64,000 nucleotides of DNA from Lama glama (taxonomy: Eukaryota). The notes under the pieces are model-generated. The model saw only the letters and a list, made by a program, of their open reading frames with translations, was not told the origin of the DNA and did no database searches. A program made the position numbers and the translations under genes. Numbering within the stretch: the stretch's first letter is position 1; each line of letters opens with the position of its first letter. Of the stretch, positions 36,379-48,950 are shown in pieces. Location of the stretch: contig CM052820.1 in assembly GCA_028534125.1 (NCBI GenBank), forward strand, positions 9,796,001-9,860,000, given 5' to 3'.

Positions 36379-38628
36379 GTTGCTGGTATTTAAGGCAGAA
36401 ACTTGTGCTCTGTCTACATGAGGGGTGGACCTGGAGCAAGGGGTGGACACAGCTGCTAAGCTCTTGTATTCGGTTCCTCTTAAGGACACTTGCCTTTTAT
36501 CCATTTCAAAGCATTTGTGGGCCAGCCAAGGGCTTACTTTAATGGGCCTTCTGGTGGCCTCTGGTTAACCTATAAGTTAGTGGCTTTTTCTTCATGAGAC
36601 CAGCCATTCACAGTGTTCCTTCTAAGAGACTTAGGCAGAGTTTTAAAATTCTCCTTTGTGGAGAGAACAAATATGTTTCACCACTTTGATGATAATCTTC
36701 ATTCTGAGTGAAAAAAAAGTCCCAGAACCAGCTAAAATGGAAGAGAATCCATTAATGATCAACCACCTGAGTCAATAATGACAGTTCAGTACTGATGATA
36801 CATTTGTGGCTATTTCTTGCTAACTTTCAAAGGTCAGGGACTCTCTTGACTAATCTAGGTTGACTGCAAAATTGAATTTTCCAAAAATCATCTAGCCAGA
36901 AGTAGAGATTTTTAACTTTCCTTTCCCTACCTCTTGTCTCCTCGCTGTCTTTTAAATCTGAGACATTTAAAGTACTAAGCAATGTTACGATACTGTAAGA
37001 AATAGTAATGAACAATGCTGAAGCCCTGTTTTGTCCCATCTTGCATCCTGAACACAGTATGCTGTGTACTGGACAACTTACTTACTGCAGGTAGTTTCAA
37101 AATGGGAGAGGGGAGCCCATCGTCCATTGACGACAAGCAGGGAAAGTGGGGATCATGTGTAGTGTTCGACTACTTTGGCAGAGGTCTGTAGGTCAGCCCA
37201 TCACACAAGGAGGCGCTGAAAGCAGAAACACTGGGAAATAAGACCTTGACTGGGGAGAGACAGGACCCTCTGGAAGGCATGGGAAGGAGCCAGATATGGA
37301 CTCTCCTTTGCAATGACTTGACGGGGGAGTGGGTGTTCCTGGGGCCTCATTATGTTAGTTGGAGGTAATGCTGCATTCGTATAGGATATTGGGAAATTTG
37401 AGAGCAAGAAGCATGCACTTCCAGGGATGTGAGGAAATAAGACCTCGCCAATAATAAGAGAAAGACGGCTGCTCAGTGAGCTTAGTCATGGAGGGCAAAT
37501 ATAGCCTTGTGATCAGCAGAACACAGGGGTTAAGCACTGGTGCCTTTGGTCCCTTCAAAGACAAGCCTGAGAAGATAGTGGGGGTCCTTCGGTAGCCCTG
37601 CAGATCAGTCCCCTAAGGGTGCAGAGGCAAGGTGTGAGTCAGAAGGCATGTTGAGTTCCTTCCCTGCTTGTAACCAGAGCATCAAATCAGGCACTGGGAG
37701 GACATGGAGTGATACTGGAGGTGTCTGACTCTAATGAATTCTAATCAGTAATCAAGAGCTTAGAATTATCTAATACGATTAGAAAAACATGCAGCGTAGC
37801 TGGAGAGTCATCTTCCTTTTCCTCATCCGTCAATGACATGGCTCTGTGATGTCCACACCAAGTCATCTGGTGTTGTAGACTTTTGCTATTTACCTGGCGT
37901 TTCAATCTCGTTGTCTTCATTGTAAATTTCCCAGTGTTAACCAATATACCACTTGCTGGGACGAATTCGGGAAACAGGAAAACTTCTCTGTATGTGTATA
38001 GACATCATTAGTGCTGGGTTTTTTGTTTTTCTTTCTTTCTTTTCTTTTCTTTTCTTTTTTAGAACTTTGCTGTTCGGCTTAAGAATGTAGTTCCTGGAAC
38101 AATTTTTCTTACAAAGTTCTTTCCTTACACCTCTTGGCTGCAGGGTGGTCCAAATTAAATACATATCTTTTTTTTTTTTTCATTTAACATCTGTGCAGTT
38201 TGGTTTATCATCTTAAGATGGTGGTGCTGTTTATGGTGCTACTTCATCTGTGTTCAAAAGGACCAATGCATGGTCTATATTGCTACCAAAACATTTATTG
38301 TATATATGTGTATAACATATGTATTATGTATATATGTAATGGGTACCAGGCCAGGTATATATTTTTATTTAGATCCACTTTTTCCAAGTTTTCTTTATAG
38401 TGTTATGCTTATTTTCAGTTTTTTTCTCCCCCCCTTGATTCTGTCTGGTACTTAGATCTGTAGTGTCTTCATCGTTAATTAAAGAAAACTGTCTAAATGA
38501 ATTCACGGATGTGAATGCTAGTGCTCCTTCATGGATTTGCTTATGGGACATGAACCAGAAACTGCTGGTAAAAGTTTTCGGGGGCATTTGATTGGGTGAG
38601 AGCAGTGTAACACCTTGTAACGTACTTT

Positions 38629-38634
38629 AATAAA
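38629..38634 (+). terminator. IRS1: Distal polyadenylation signal AATAAA
   Basis: TGTAacgtactttAATAAAc, with an upstream UGUA and a preceding AU-rich block carrying two TGTATATA elements (38299, 38327). Confidence 0.55.
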
Positions 38635-38924
38635 CAATTTTGCAACAGATAGGTTTGCCTGAACCCTGTCCCTCTTCACTTGGCTTTCAGTGGCCAAGAG
38701 TATAAAGAAAAAGACCTGAAAAGATTCTGAGTTGCTTTTGGTGGTGGTGGTGTGATGGGAAGAGGGAAAGGGGAACGAAAATCCATCCTTCCCAGGGGCA
38801 GAGAGATGTGTTCTGCTGGGAGACACCAGGACCGCCTTATTAACCTCCAGTCTGCAGACCGATGCCCCAAGCACTTGTCCTGATGCAGATTGTCACTGAG
38901 GGGTCTGGGGATGGGGCCTGAGAT

Positions 38925-39087
38925 GGGTAGCATCATCTGGGTAGCTTTCAGAAAAACATCTATGGTCAGGCCAACTCCAGAGATGCTGACTTACTTGGTC
39001 TGGGGTGGGGTCCAGGCTTCGGTGCTGCTGCTGCTTTCTGAGTTCTCCAGGAGACTCCAATTCATGCTCAGAGCTGAGAACCACTGC
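38925..39087. mobile_element. MER5A-type hAT-Charlie MITE
   Basis: ccagagatgctgacttacttggtctggggtggggtccaggc...ctccaggagactcc...gctgagaaccactg. Confidence 0.7.
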
Positions 39088-39275
39088 AGGGAAGTGTTGC
39101 CCAAACCTGTCTGATGATGAGAGGCAAGCGTTAGAAACGCCGATTCCACACGTGTTTCAACAGGTGACGCTTGTGGTTGGCAAGAATGGGAAATCCTGAT
39201 TTCTGAACAAGTGAAGCCTTTTGGATCGTCTCACCACTAGAAGGGATAGAAAGAACACCAGTGACTTTTGAAAAT

Positions 39276-39281
39276 AATAAA
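39276..39281 (+). terminator. IRS1: Alternative most-distal polyadenylation signal AATAAA
   Basis: aaaatAATAAAacc; would give a ~5 kb exon, similar to the long human UTR as I recall it. Confidence 0.4.
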
Positions 39282-39959
39282 ACCATGCTGCCGGTGTAGA
39301 AACAGCCAACTAGCCTACTCCTCCCCGGTTGAGCTTTCTTGCTTAAACAGTTTAAACAGATGACTGACGTGTCTTGTGTTGTTAGGGTGGACTCAAATTA
39401 TTAAATGTTTTGGAAACAGATTCAAGATTACTTTTTTAATTAATTAATTTATTTTAATGAGCATGATGTCCTACTGAGAGTAAAAAGACTTGAATTTTCT
39501 GTCTTTTCTCTCCTTGTTTGGCACAGCAGGCCAGAGAAGTCTTCCTTCTGCCTGGCCTTGTAAGTGGTATTTTTATTGTTAAGAAACAACACATGACATG
39601 ATTGAATAAATGCTTAAAGTCATTATTTCATCTTCACTTTATATTAGCTTCCTCCATTTATTCTTAAAAAAAAAACTGATTTTTTTCCCTCCCAGTGGTA
39701 TTGCAAAGCAAACATCCCTCTACCCGCTATTGAAATTGTAAGTAAACATCATTAATTAGTATTAATTTGAAGGAAGTCTAGTTGAGGGAATTAATGGTGC
39801 AATTGATAGCATAATCATGCTATTACCTTAAGACATATACAGAAACAAACTATAGCAGGTAAAATGCTGTCAATAAAATGCCTTTGAGAATTAAGTCAAG
39901 GAGAATTGTAATTACTCACTGATTTTGTTATAAACAATAGCAGTGTTGATTCTGCATTT

Positions 39960-40140
39960 GTTTAAAGTTAGCCATCAGGATTTACATCAGTTATCTCGTT
40001 TTTTCCTTCCCACAACCCAGCGGTGGATACGGTCATTATCCCCATTTCCCATCAGGCAAGCAGAAGAGAGGAAGGGTGTGACTACTGTCACGTGCTGCTG
40101 CGGGGTGGAGCAGCCTCTCAACCCTGGACTGCTTGATGGC
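39960..40140 (-). mobile_element. MIR SINE (degenerate)
   Basis: ttatctcgttt...cacaaccc...cattatccccattt...gaggaagggtg. Confidence 0.55.
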
Positions 40141-40500
40141 AGTCTGTATTCTCATTGACCCCATTGCAAGTCTCTGGTTTCTGAATCCTTAACAAAAAAA
40201 TTAATTTCAGTACATTAAAAATACTGTCACTCCAGCTGCCTTGTGTGACTTTTACTGAGCAAATATGATCTCACATGAGCCCGAGAGGAAAGCTCTGTCC
40301 AACTTACAACTTTCACCCAACAAAGTAACAAGCCCTTAGCACATTCATTTCCATTCTTTGTGTCTAGCTGAGTTCATTTGTGTCAAAAATCTTTTTCCAA
40401 TTCCCTGTTTCCTCAAGAAGTTCCCCCCTTTTCAGCAACAGAATACAGACACTCAGCTGTGTTTTAGGAACGCACCAGGGCAGTAGGTGAAATGTGAAAG

Positions 40501-40501
<1 letters not shown>

Positions 40502-40539
<38 letters not shown>
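40502..40539. repeat. (CA)n microsatellite
   Basis: About 18 CA units. Confidence 0.95.
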
Positions 40540-40541
<2 letters not shown>

Positions 40542-41069
40542 TTCCAAACGCCTGTGTTTTTACACGTCAAGTTTTACATGTCACATCCTGTCAACCTTTT
40601 AAATCGGAACTCCTTACATTCAGTGATTAGATAAATGATCAAGACTGGCGATAGAAAAAAAGTAGGGCCATCCGAAGTGGGGAGAGTCCTGACCTGAAGT
40701 GAGGGAATGAAGTCCCTCCACCTGGCTAGAACCATAGTAAACAATGTACCAGGCATTTGTAACGTATGTTAGTAACAGTGTTGCAGCCTTGTTTTCCGAA
40801 GTTCATTTTATTTGGATCAGTTCAATGTATTGCACTAATTGTGTTAGGTCTTCTCATTACATGAAATCTACCATGTGTCAGAGATGATCCAATCAGTTTC
40901 GGTGTCGAACTGCTTTAGCAGAACGCATACATTCACAGTCATTCAGAATTAGGAAGGAGAACAGCCCACCAGAGTTTAATTTTATATTGAGATGCTCAGG
41001 TTGGAATAAAGCAGTATAAAAAGGAAAAAACAAAAAAACCAAAACCCTCCTCAGACTCTCAAATACCCT

Positions 41070-41575
41070 GCAGGGGAGAAAAAGGGTTTTTCTTCACTCT
41101 CTTAAGATCCCTGGTAGGGTCTGAATTTTAAACTGACAAAGACAAAGTACCAAGGGAAAAGCATACAACTTTACACCTCCGAAGTTTTACATGACATGGG
41201 AGACTGCCTAAGGAAACCAAGATCTGAAGAAATAGCTTGCTGAGAATTTTCGTTCAAGGTTTGATGAGGAATGGACCCACGAGGAGGAATATGAGAGGTT
41301 AAGGAGTTTGAGGTTAGCGTCCCAAACGGGGAAACTTAGCAAGGCCTGTTTGTTTACATTCTTCTTGGCGTCTCCTTGTCTTCGGAGATAAGGATGCTCC
41401 TTCCCTCTGGGTGTAGGGAGGGCATCTCTCACATGAGGGTTTTATGACCTGTTTCAGGGGAGACGAGCAGGAGAAGGTCACAGTGACCTTCCTGCTTCTG
41501 CTGTTTTTGCAAGCTCCTTCAGCTGAAAATACTCAGGGTGCAAAGAGCTGTATTTGGGGGTGTCAGGTCCTGACA
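41070..41575 (-). mobile_element. ERV1 solo LTR, MER34/MER39-like
   Basis: tgcaggggagaaaaagggtttt...aaggcctgtttgtttacattc...gggagggcatctctcacatgagggttttatgacctg...ccttcagctgaaaatactc...tatttggggg matches the reverse of the MER34-family LTR layout. Confidence 0.7.
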
Positions 41576-42289
41576 GTGTTTCTCAAAGCCTGGACTTTAC
41601 ACTACCTGTACAGAATTTCCTGAAGGGCTTATAACACAGAGATTTGAACAGGAGCCTCAGGAAACTGCATTAGTAACAAGTTATTTCCTCCAAACACACA
41701 CACAAGCACACGCACATGCACACGCACACGCACATGCTCCTCTCCAGGGCTGTTCTACACCCTGACCTTGGCGGGGTGTGTTATTGGCAGTCTCTTGGCA
41801 GCATGCTTTCTGCCCCCTTCCCTCTGTTAAGTTGTTCCAAATCTCAAGCACCACAACCCCTAACTGTAAATATGAGAGAAGTGATGATTGCTGGATTTCC
41901 TCACAGCTTCTGAAAAAAAAAATCTACAAAGTAGAAATTAATAAAATTAGTCTAAACTTATGTAGGAAATAACATAAAAAGAAGAGAACTGGTTAAATTT
42001 GCGCATACAGTACATGTAGCATTTTCCTGATTCTGTGAAGCAAAAGCCCAAACAAGACAACACAAAATATCTCAAAGTATAAAAAAGTGGTGCGTCTGAT
42101 GGCATTAGGGATGGTTTTTATTTTATCTTCTCTACTTTTCTGTAAGTTTTGACAATGATTGTGTCTCATTTTCAGAATGAGAAAGGAAGCAAAAAAACAG
42201 AGTTTTAGATGAAAATCTTAGATGAGAATCTTAGCGAATCCCCGTAGGTTGGTGTTAGCCCACATCACACCACTCCATGATCAGTGCAT

Positions 42290-42495
42290 CAGGGGCCAGC
42301 CAGCTAAGGCCTGAGAGCCAAGTGCAGCCTGTTTTTTGTAAATAAAGTTTTATTGGAACATAGCTGTGCTCATTCATTTACATATTGCCTATGGCACTAC
42401 AAGAGTAGAGTTGAGTCATTGTGACCAAGACCAAATGGCCCCAAAAGTAATGTACTTACTACCTGATCCTTTATGAAAATGTTTGCCCGGTCCTA
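42290..42495. mobile_element. MER58A hAT-Charlie DNA transposon
   Basis: cagggg...ttttgtaaataaagttttattggaacatagc...ctcattcatttacatattgcctatggc...gagttgagtcattgtgac. Confidence 0.85.
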
Positions 42496-45343
42496 TGAGA
42501 GATGTTTTTCGAGAGAGAGAGAGTTGGGATGAGGCAAAGACCCTTGCCCCAGGCTTCCGAAATTCTCCTGGATCTGTTTCGGGAGCTTTCTGGAGCTCAG
42601 TGGTGTTGGATGGTTGATTACTCGCTCTAATCTCTACGGAGTTGATAGTTGAAGTGCCAAAAGGACTTCTTCAGTTTCATCTACAAACACTAAATGCAGT
42701 TAGGCATGGAGAGCTGAATCAGACTGAATCTAGGATGATACTTTTTCTTCTTGGTGCTTCAGTTTTTCTAGATGAACAGCCAAAAAAAAAAAAGGAAGGA
42801 AGAGAAAGAAAATGCGGGAGAGAGAGAGAGAAAGAGCAGAAATCATCAGTTAAAAGTTTTCTTTTTCAAACAGAGGTTGGGTTTCCTCAAAAGCTTCCAG
42901 AGGAGGTTCAGAGTAGATTGTGGTCTCCAGAACAGTGGGATCTTGACCAACAGAGATAGTAAACAGACATCTTTTCCGGTCTCTTTTTCCAACCAGCCAT
43001 CAGCAGCAATGCTGAGAATGGAAACAGTGCCTGGAGCGTGAATTCTGGTCAGGAAGATAACACCTGATAACCCATGAGACAAAATATTTGAGGCTAAAAA
43101 AAGATAAAATATTTGAGGATGGTTGATTCAAAAAAAGAACCCGTTGTTATAAATTGTCATTAGATAGGAACACAATTCCTTGGTATTTTTAAATTATAAA
43201 GTTCCACTTTTTTTTTTTCATTTATCGCACCTGTGAAATTACTGAGTAACTATCATATGCTATGATACGGCCCAACAACCCAGTGCTTTCTCCTTTGGGG
43301 TGCCTGTATTTGGAGCCTGGAAATGATCTGGACTGCCTGTTTTATGGATAAGAACACTGGATTTCAGTTCTACCCTCATTTAATGTGACTTTATTTTAAA
43401 ATCATATTTATACCAGGTTGATTAAAATGGATTTCAAAAGGGCTTTAATGGCCCCTCCTGGTGAGTTTTGGGGTATCTCATGGCCTGGTATGCAGCTGGT
43501 GCACAGACTGAGATGTCCTGTCCTGGAGGGTTGCTGAAGTCGGCCTGGAGAGTCAGCTAGGTGGTGAGAGATGGACAGGGACAGTATTGAAATGGGACAG
43601 ACATAAGGACCAGAAAACTGGAGTGAGGAAATCAGAGCGGCCAGGTGGGAAGGGCTCCCATAGCCAGCTTCCAAAGAGACCAGAAAGCATCACAGAATCA
43701 CGAAGCATTACTGCTGGGCCGAATCCTTTATTCACCATCCGTTCTAATTCCTTATTCTTGGGTAAAGTCAAGAACCTAAGGTCCCCAGCCTCCTACTCAT
43801 GAATTCAGAACTCCTGCAGGATCAAGTATGCTGAAAACCCAAGTAGCACCCACAGCGTTTGTCAGGCGTTCTACTGCATGCCTGTCGCTGGTCATAGATC
43901 AGGTCGAGTGCTCTCATCCCAGAGGTCTGTAGATGCTCCCTGTTGGTATAGTGGTTAGGACTCGGGACTCTCTCCCAAGGTTTTGTAGGTGTCACACATA
44001 ACACCATTCTGTGGAGTAAAATAAACTAGGGTCTAGAAAGGAGCTAATCTAAGCCTCACTCAGTGGGTAAGTGTGGAGCCGGGATTCCAACTCAGTCCCA
44101 TCTAACTCCAGAGTTTTCCTCCTAGAGTTGCAGTAATTGAAAGACATGGAAACTGGGGGAAAAAATGTTCTTTGAAATCCCAATATACATATATGACAGT
44201 GGGTGGTCAGGAAATATCATGTTGGAAAGTTCTCTCTCTTTTTTTATATTGTATTTGTTTTTTTTTTGTTTGTTTCTTTTGTTTTAAACTGCTGGCATCC
44301 TTTATCTGATCTTCAGGTGCTCACAGAAAAATGGTAAATCTATTTAAAAATACTCTTTTGGCTTCCACATATTCCCACTGATACTAATAGATGTTTAATA
44401 ATGCAGCCATGTGGAAGGTTCTTGATTTGAAGTTCCATTACTGGCCACAGCCAGTACCCCTCCCCCACTCCCACCTCTCAAGTCCAGCTTTCTTCTCTGT
44501 GCCTTTGGGGGCTTCTGGTTAAGTTGGGAATGAAAGCACTCCTTAGTGGTCTCTCATTAACCTCTCGAAGCTCAATTCCTAAAGAAGAGCTTTTTCTCAT
44601 CAGGTTAAATCTAGTTTCCCATTTGCTTTTCACAGAAGATGGCATCCAGATACACACACACACACACAGCCCTCCTCCTTCCCTGTCCCACCGTAAAATT
44701 CAAGGAGGAGAAGTTAATGATGCATCTAAAACAGCTAACTTGTTTTTTTACATCAGCAGCATGTTTCTGGCTTAAATTCAAACTGTTCATTTAATTTTAT
44801 ATACCCTTTCATCACCACCACATACCAACTATTCAGTTAGTGGGTTCTCATGCCCATACGTTAAAAAAAAAAGTAGATTTCTGAATCTGGCTTACGTCAT
44901 CTGTTGAAAAATAAAACAAGCTTGGCTGAGCTAAACAAACGTCTTCCTGAACAGAGTAACCCTACTATTGGTGTTTGCTGAAATGTTTGACAGATAGGAG
45001 TCTGATGGGGGTATTTCTTTTAGTGACTGTGGAATACGTCAGTTCTCGTCTTCACTTTGCTACTAGCTGAGTGACTTTGAGCAAAGTATGTCTTTCTGCT
45101 CTCTCCTTTGTTTATAAAATATGAGGGTTATCAGATCTTCACCTGGGGTTCAGAAATTTGTCAACACTCTGAACTCGAATGCAGTGTTTTTCCTGGGTAT
45201 GGCTGTGTGCATTTTTTTATTTCTGGGGAGGAGAGGCTATGACTTCCAGTAGATCTGTTTAAGATTCAAAGTAGAGAGATGGCTTCTTCCTTTCTTTCCT
45301 TCTTTTTTTTAAGTTTGAATTTATTTTTGAGCTTTTCATTCTA

Positions 45344-45471
45344 TTTTTTTTTTTTGGAGGTGGGTAGGTAATTAGGTTTATTTATTTATTTTTAATGGTG
45401 ATACTGGGGATTGGATCCAGGACCTTGTACATACTAAGCACACACTCTGCCATTGAGCTACACCCTCCCCC
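45344..45471 (-). mobile_element. tRNA-Ala-derived camelid SINE (vic-1 type, full-length tail)
   Basis: aggtaattaggtttatttatttatttttaatggtgatactggggattggatccaggacc...ctctgccattgagctacaccctcccc. Confidence 0.85.
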
Positions 45472-46664
45472 TAAGAGATTTCTCAGAATCATAGAATTTC
45501 ATGAATTTTATGATTCTCTAGCAAATTTTATAGAATTAAGGACCGGCTTAGGGCAAAATATTAGGTCAGTAAAGTCTGTCCCTACTTCTTTCTCCCCTCA
45601 ACTCTACACATGGGTTGAGGCTGGGTGTCCCCTCTTCACCACATATTTTCTTGGGACCCAGGGTCTTTCTGGAGTGGAGAAAACACATCTGATAAACTAT
45701 TCTTTCCCCAAAAGGTACATGAAATTCATGTTTTGGCTCCCAGGGCATTTGGCTCAAGAAAGAAAATCTACCAGAAAGAGGAGGACACTTTAGCAAATGG
45801 GAACTCATTGCTGATAAGTGGGGTTTTCAGTATCCACATGGAGAGATAGTTAGTAGAAGTTGTTTAGTTTAGTTGGATCTATTTTCACAGATTATAGGCA
45901 CTTATTGACGTGGAATATGGTGAGGTGGTCGCTTTTCCCTTTATGTGATGAAAATAAAACTTTACTTTGACAATGATGTAACACTTGGGTGTTTGCAGTC
46001 AAGAAACTTTATTTCTAGATTTTCTGAATAACTTTAATTCTGGATAAGTTCATCAAAGCTTAATCTTTTCTCCTTTGTCTTCAGTGGGTGGGGTCCCTGC
46101 TTGGCTGTTGCTCTCAAGTCTTGCCTGGGATCAACACCCCTGTGTTCACAACTCTGAAGTCATCTTTTGTAGGGTAACCACCTCCTCCACCTGGATGTGA
46201 AGTTGGCTCTGACCCGCCCTCTGATGAAACTTGCTTAATTGCTGGCAGAAAAAGAACTAACACAGGAAAAAAATGAAAGAATTTCCTTCCGGCTGACAAA
46301 CAACTCCTACCTGTTGCTACTAATGAGAAATCTATTTTCACTCTTCCGTGCCCCAGTGATGGAGCTGATTTCATGACACAAAGAAACCCTCAGCCAAAAA
46401 TTTAAAAAAAGCACTTCTCTTTGGAGATGCTAAACTCAAAAGAGCTTCTCCAGGAAACTACACAACAGTATTTCAGGGAAGAAGACTGTACCCACTGAGT
46501 GTGTTCCAACAACAACAAAAAATCATCAATTATCAAAGATTTTCACCAAAAATGACCCTGCGGTTGAAAACTGCCATTTAATTTTTCCTATGTGGCAGCG
46601 GAGCGATGAGTTTTCATTCTAGAAAAGGGCTATAGTGTTGGAATTACACTGTCCGGACCAACCT

Positions 46665-46850
46665 GGAAATCCCATTCACTAGCCGGGAGACCGGGAGAAA
46701 ATGTCTTAACTTCCCGGAGCTGGAGTCTCACCATCTGTAACGTGAGGAGGATGAGATGTGCTTTGCAGAGGTCTGGAGCACATTCAAGCCCTCTCGCCAT
46801 ATGCAGAGCATTTAATAGCGCTTTGCCCATAGCTGGCACCCCATACACTG
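46665..46850 (+). mobile_element. MIR SINE
   Basis: cttaacttcccggagctggagtctcaccatctgtaacgtgagg...gctggcaccccata. Confidence 0.6.
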
Positions 46851-47369
46851 TCGACCTTGTAGAATAATTTTATTCTAAACATTTTTTTAAACAACTTTTG
46901 GACAAAAATCTCTTCCTTTGCGACAAAACAGTTGGGTCTACATTTTTATAGCTGTGATGTTTAAAAGGAGAAAGCACAGAACTGGCACTAATGAGGAAAC
47001 TGGACGTTATGAACGATGAACATGTTGGCTAGTTCCACCGTGGATTCCAACTGTTGCACGACTTTCTTCAAGATAGGAGCTGAGACTAGAAACTCTCATC
47101 CCATCCAGACATGCTGGGTTCAAATACAGTCCCTGAGTCTCCTCGTCTCACACTTCTTGCTCATCTAAACGCTGCTGGTTGTTCTGAACCATAAGCATTC
47201 TTTTGGAGATGCTGTCTCTTAGCAAATACCCACTGCACCATTCAGCCCTGAGGTTGGCCAGCCTTGAGTTCACTTCTTTTTATATCTACGAGAAAAATTA
47301 ATGAAGAGAAGTATTTAAGAGGAGCCCGTTGTTTCTGCTTCATGTGTAGTCTAGACCCTGCCCTCCCCC

Positions 47370-48400
47370 GCCAGTGTTCTTACCGAGGAAGGGGTCCAGG
47401 GAGACCGGCCCCCCGAGGCTGGGAAGGGAGCGCTCTCCTAGGAGGACGAAGGTCCCCTTCCCCCTGTCTTCTTTCTCGCCTCCCCCCACTGCCCATCACG
47501 TCTCTTTCCCTCCTTTTTTTGGGCTGGGCCAACCCCTCTCGGCATTATTTTTAGTTCTCCTGCGAAAACACTGACTTGCTTCTCTCTCTCGTGGTTTCTT
47601 TTTCCCTTTACCAAGGATGTTCGATGGGGTTTCCGCTCGTGGTTCCGAGGGCGTGGGGACCATCGCGTGCTGACGCTTAACCCCTTGTGTTTTTCCCCGA
47701 GGTCCTTTGTTCAGTTGCTCAGGAACTTTTAATTTTTTCCAGGCTTGTGTGCGGTGTCCAGACTGTAGGTTTACTGGAGCTTGGCCGGCCTTTCTGTTTG
47801 GGGGAAGCTTATTGCTTCACGGAGAGACCATCTGACCGTTGTTATCTGCGACCCGACCCGAGAGACAGAACTGCCAGCGATGAGAGCCAGAGTTCTTCCC
47901 AGGGACCTCCCTGCTGCCCGGCCCCCCCCCGCCCGCCCCCCCCGAAAGAGACCAGGGCGACTCCAGATGTTCCCAGGAGGGTGGGAGGCTTCTCCACCCA
48001 CCACGGCAGCCTCGTGAGCTTCTGCTGGGATGTCTGCACTGTGGTCTCCCTCCCTCCCTCCTGCTCCCTCTCCTTTTTCACCCCTCCTGTCTTTCTTCCT
48101 TCCCTTTATGTCTACCTTTCACAGCCATCTGTGGACCTGGGGCTGCGTCACATCTCTCCAGGAGCAAATACAACGGCAGTTGTAACACTGAGCACAAGCC
48201 AGGGAACCATGTCTTCCAGGAGGTGCCTGATCTCAGTGAGAATAAAATCCATGCTCTGCATCAGGGCCAGCAAGGCCCTGGGGGTCGGGGCCCTGCCTGC
48301 CTCTTCCCATCCCCCACTCATGCCTTCCTTTGCTCCTCCTGCGCTCAGCGCCCCCGCCCCAGCCTCCACGGGCGCTGACCCCGCCTCCTGAAACCTCGGG
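47370..48400. promoter_or_regulatory. GC/CpG-enriched non-repeat segment downstream of IRS1 (candidate regulatory element)
   Basis: Many CpGs and GC boxes (cccgcccgcccc 47928-47943, cccccgcccc ~48351, cccgcc ~48380). Confidence 0.35.
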
Positions 48401-48499
48401 CTCCAGGACTTGTCACTGGTGCTTCCCTCTGATCCTGCTTTAGCCCAAACTCTCCCCTCGCAGAGACACCTCTGCCCGTCTCCGTCTGCCTATATCACG

Positions 48500-48690
48500 A
48501 CTGCATATTTTGTTTCAGTTCCTTCAAAGCGCAAATCTTCATCTGAAATCATCTCTGTGTTTGTCTGCTTGCTTGTTTCCTTCCTGCCTTTACCTGCCCC
48601 CAAACTCTGTCTTTTTCTCCCCGTGGCCCCCAGGGCCTGACCCATAGGTTGTCTTCAGTCAGTATCTGTTGAATGAATAGGTCAATAAAT
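48500..48690 (+). mobile_element. L2 3' end
   Basis: ccccagggcctgacccataggttgtcttcagtcagtatctgttgaatgaat. Confidence 0.55.
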
Positions 48691-48754
48691 CTAATCGGGG
48701 GACATAAGAAATACAAAAATGACATCATAAATAATGATCATAGTCCTCATGGTA

Positions 48755-48950
48755 ACGACTGACTTTTTTCTTGGTGTTTTATGTATTCCATCTCCAATCG
48801 TCCAAATAATTATGAGAGTCTTACTTTTACATTTTGCCAAAAAAAAAAAAAAAATGGAGGCTCCCAAGAGTTGGTATTTTCCCAAGGCCACCCACCTGGT
48901 GAGGGAAGGACCTGGGCTCCATCCACAGGCAGGTCTGACTCCGGGGCCCT
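48755..48950 (-). mobile_element. MIR SINE
   Basis: cattttgcc(a)n tggaggctcccaagag...tttcccaaggccacccacctggtgaggg...gtctgactcc. Confidence 0.6.

Larger units (their letters stand above)
34182..39300 (+). other. IRS1: IRS1 terminal exon 2, non-coding 3' UTR (3' end uncertain: ~35215, ~38655 or ~39300)
   Basis: AATGAAGACCTAAATGACCTCAGCAAATCC...GATGGTACGATGCAT...GAGTCTGCATAAACTTCATCTTCAACCTTAAGGACTTAGCTGGC matches my recollection of the human IRS1 3' UTR. Contains seed matches for miRNAs reported to target IRS1 (miR-126, -128, -7, -145, -144). AU-rich, repeat-poor, several AATAAA signals. Confidence 0.88.

Noticed and set aside
47687-48391. Longest real ORF (234 aa, + strand)
   Set aside because: Non-ATG start, low-complexity Pro/Ser-rich translation, no recognisable domain; explained by stop-codon scarcity in GC-rich DNA
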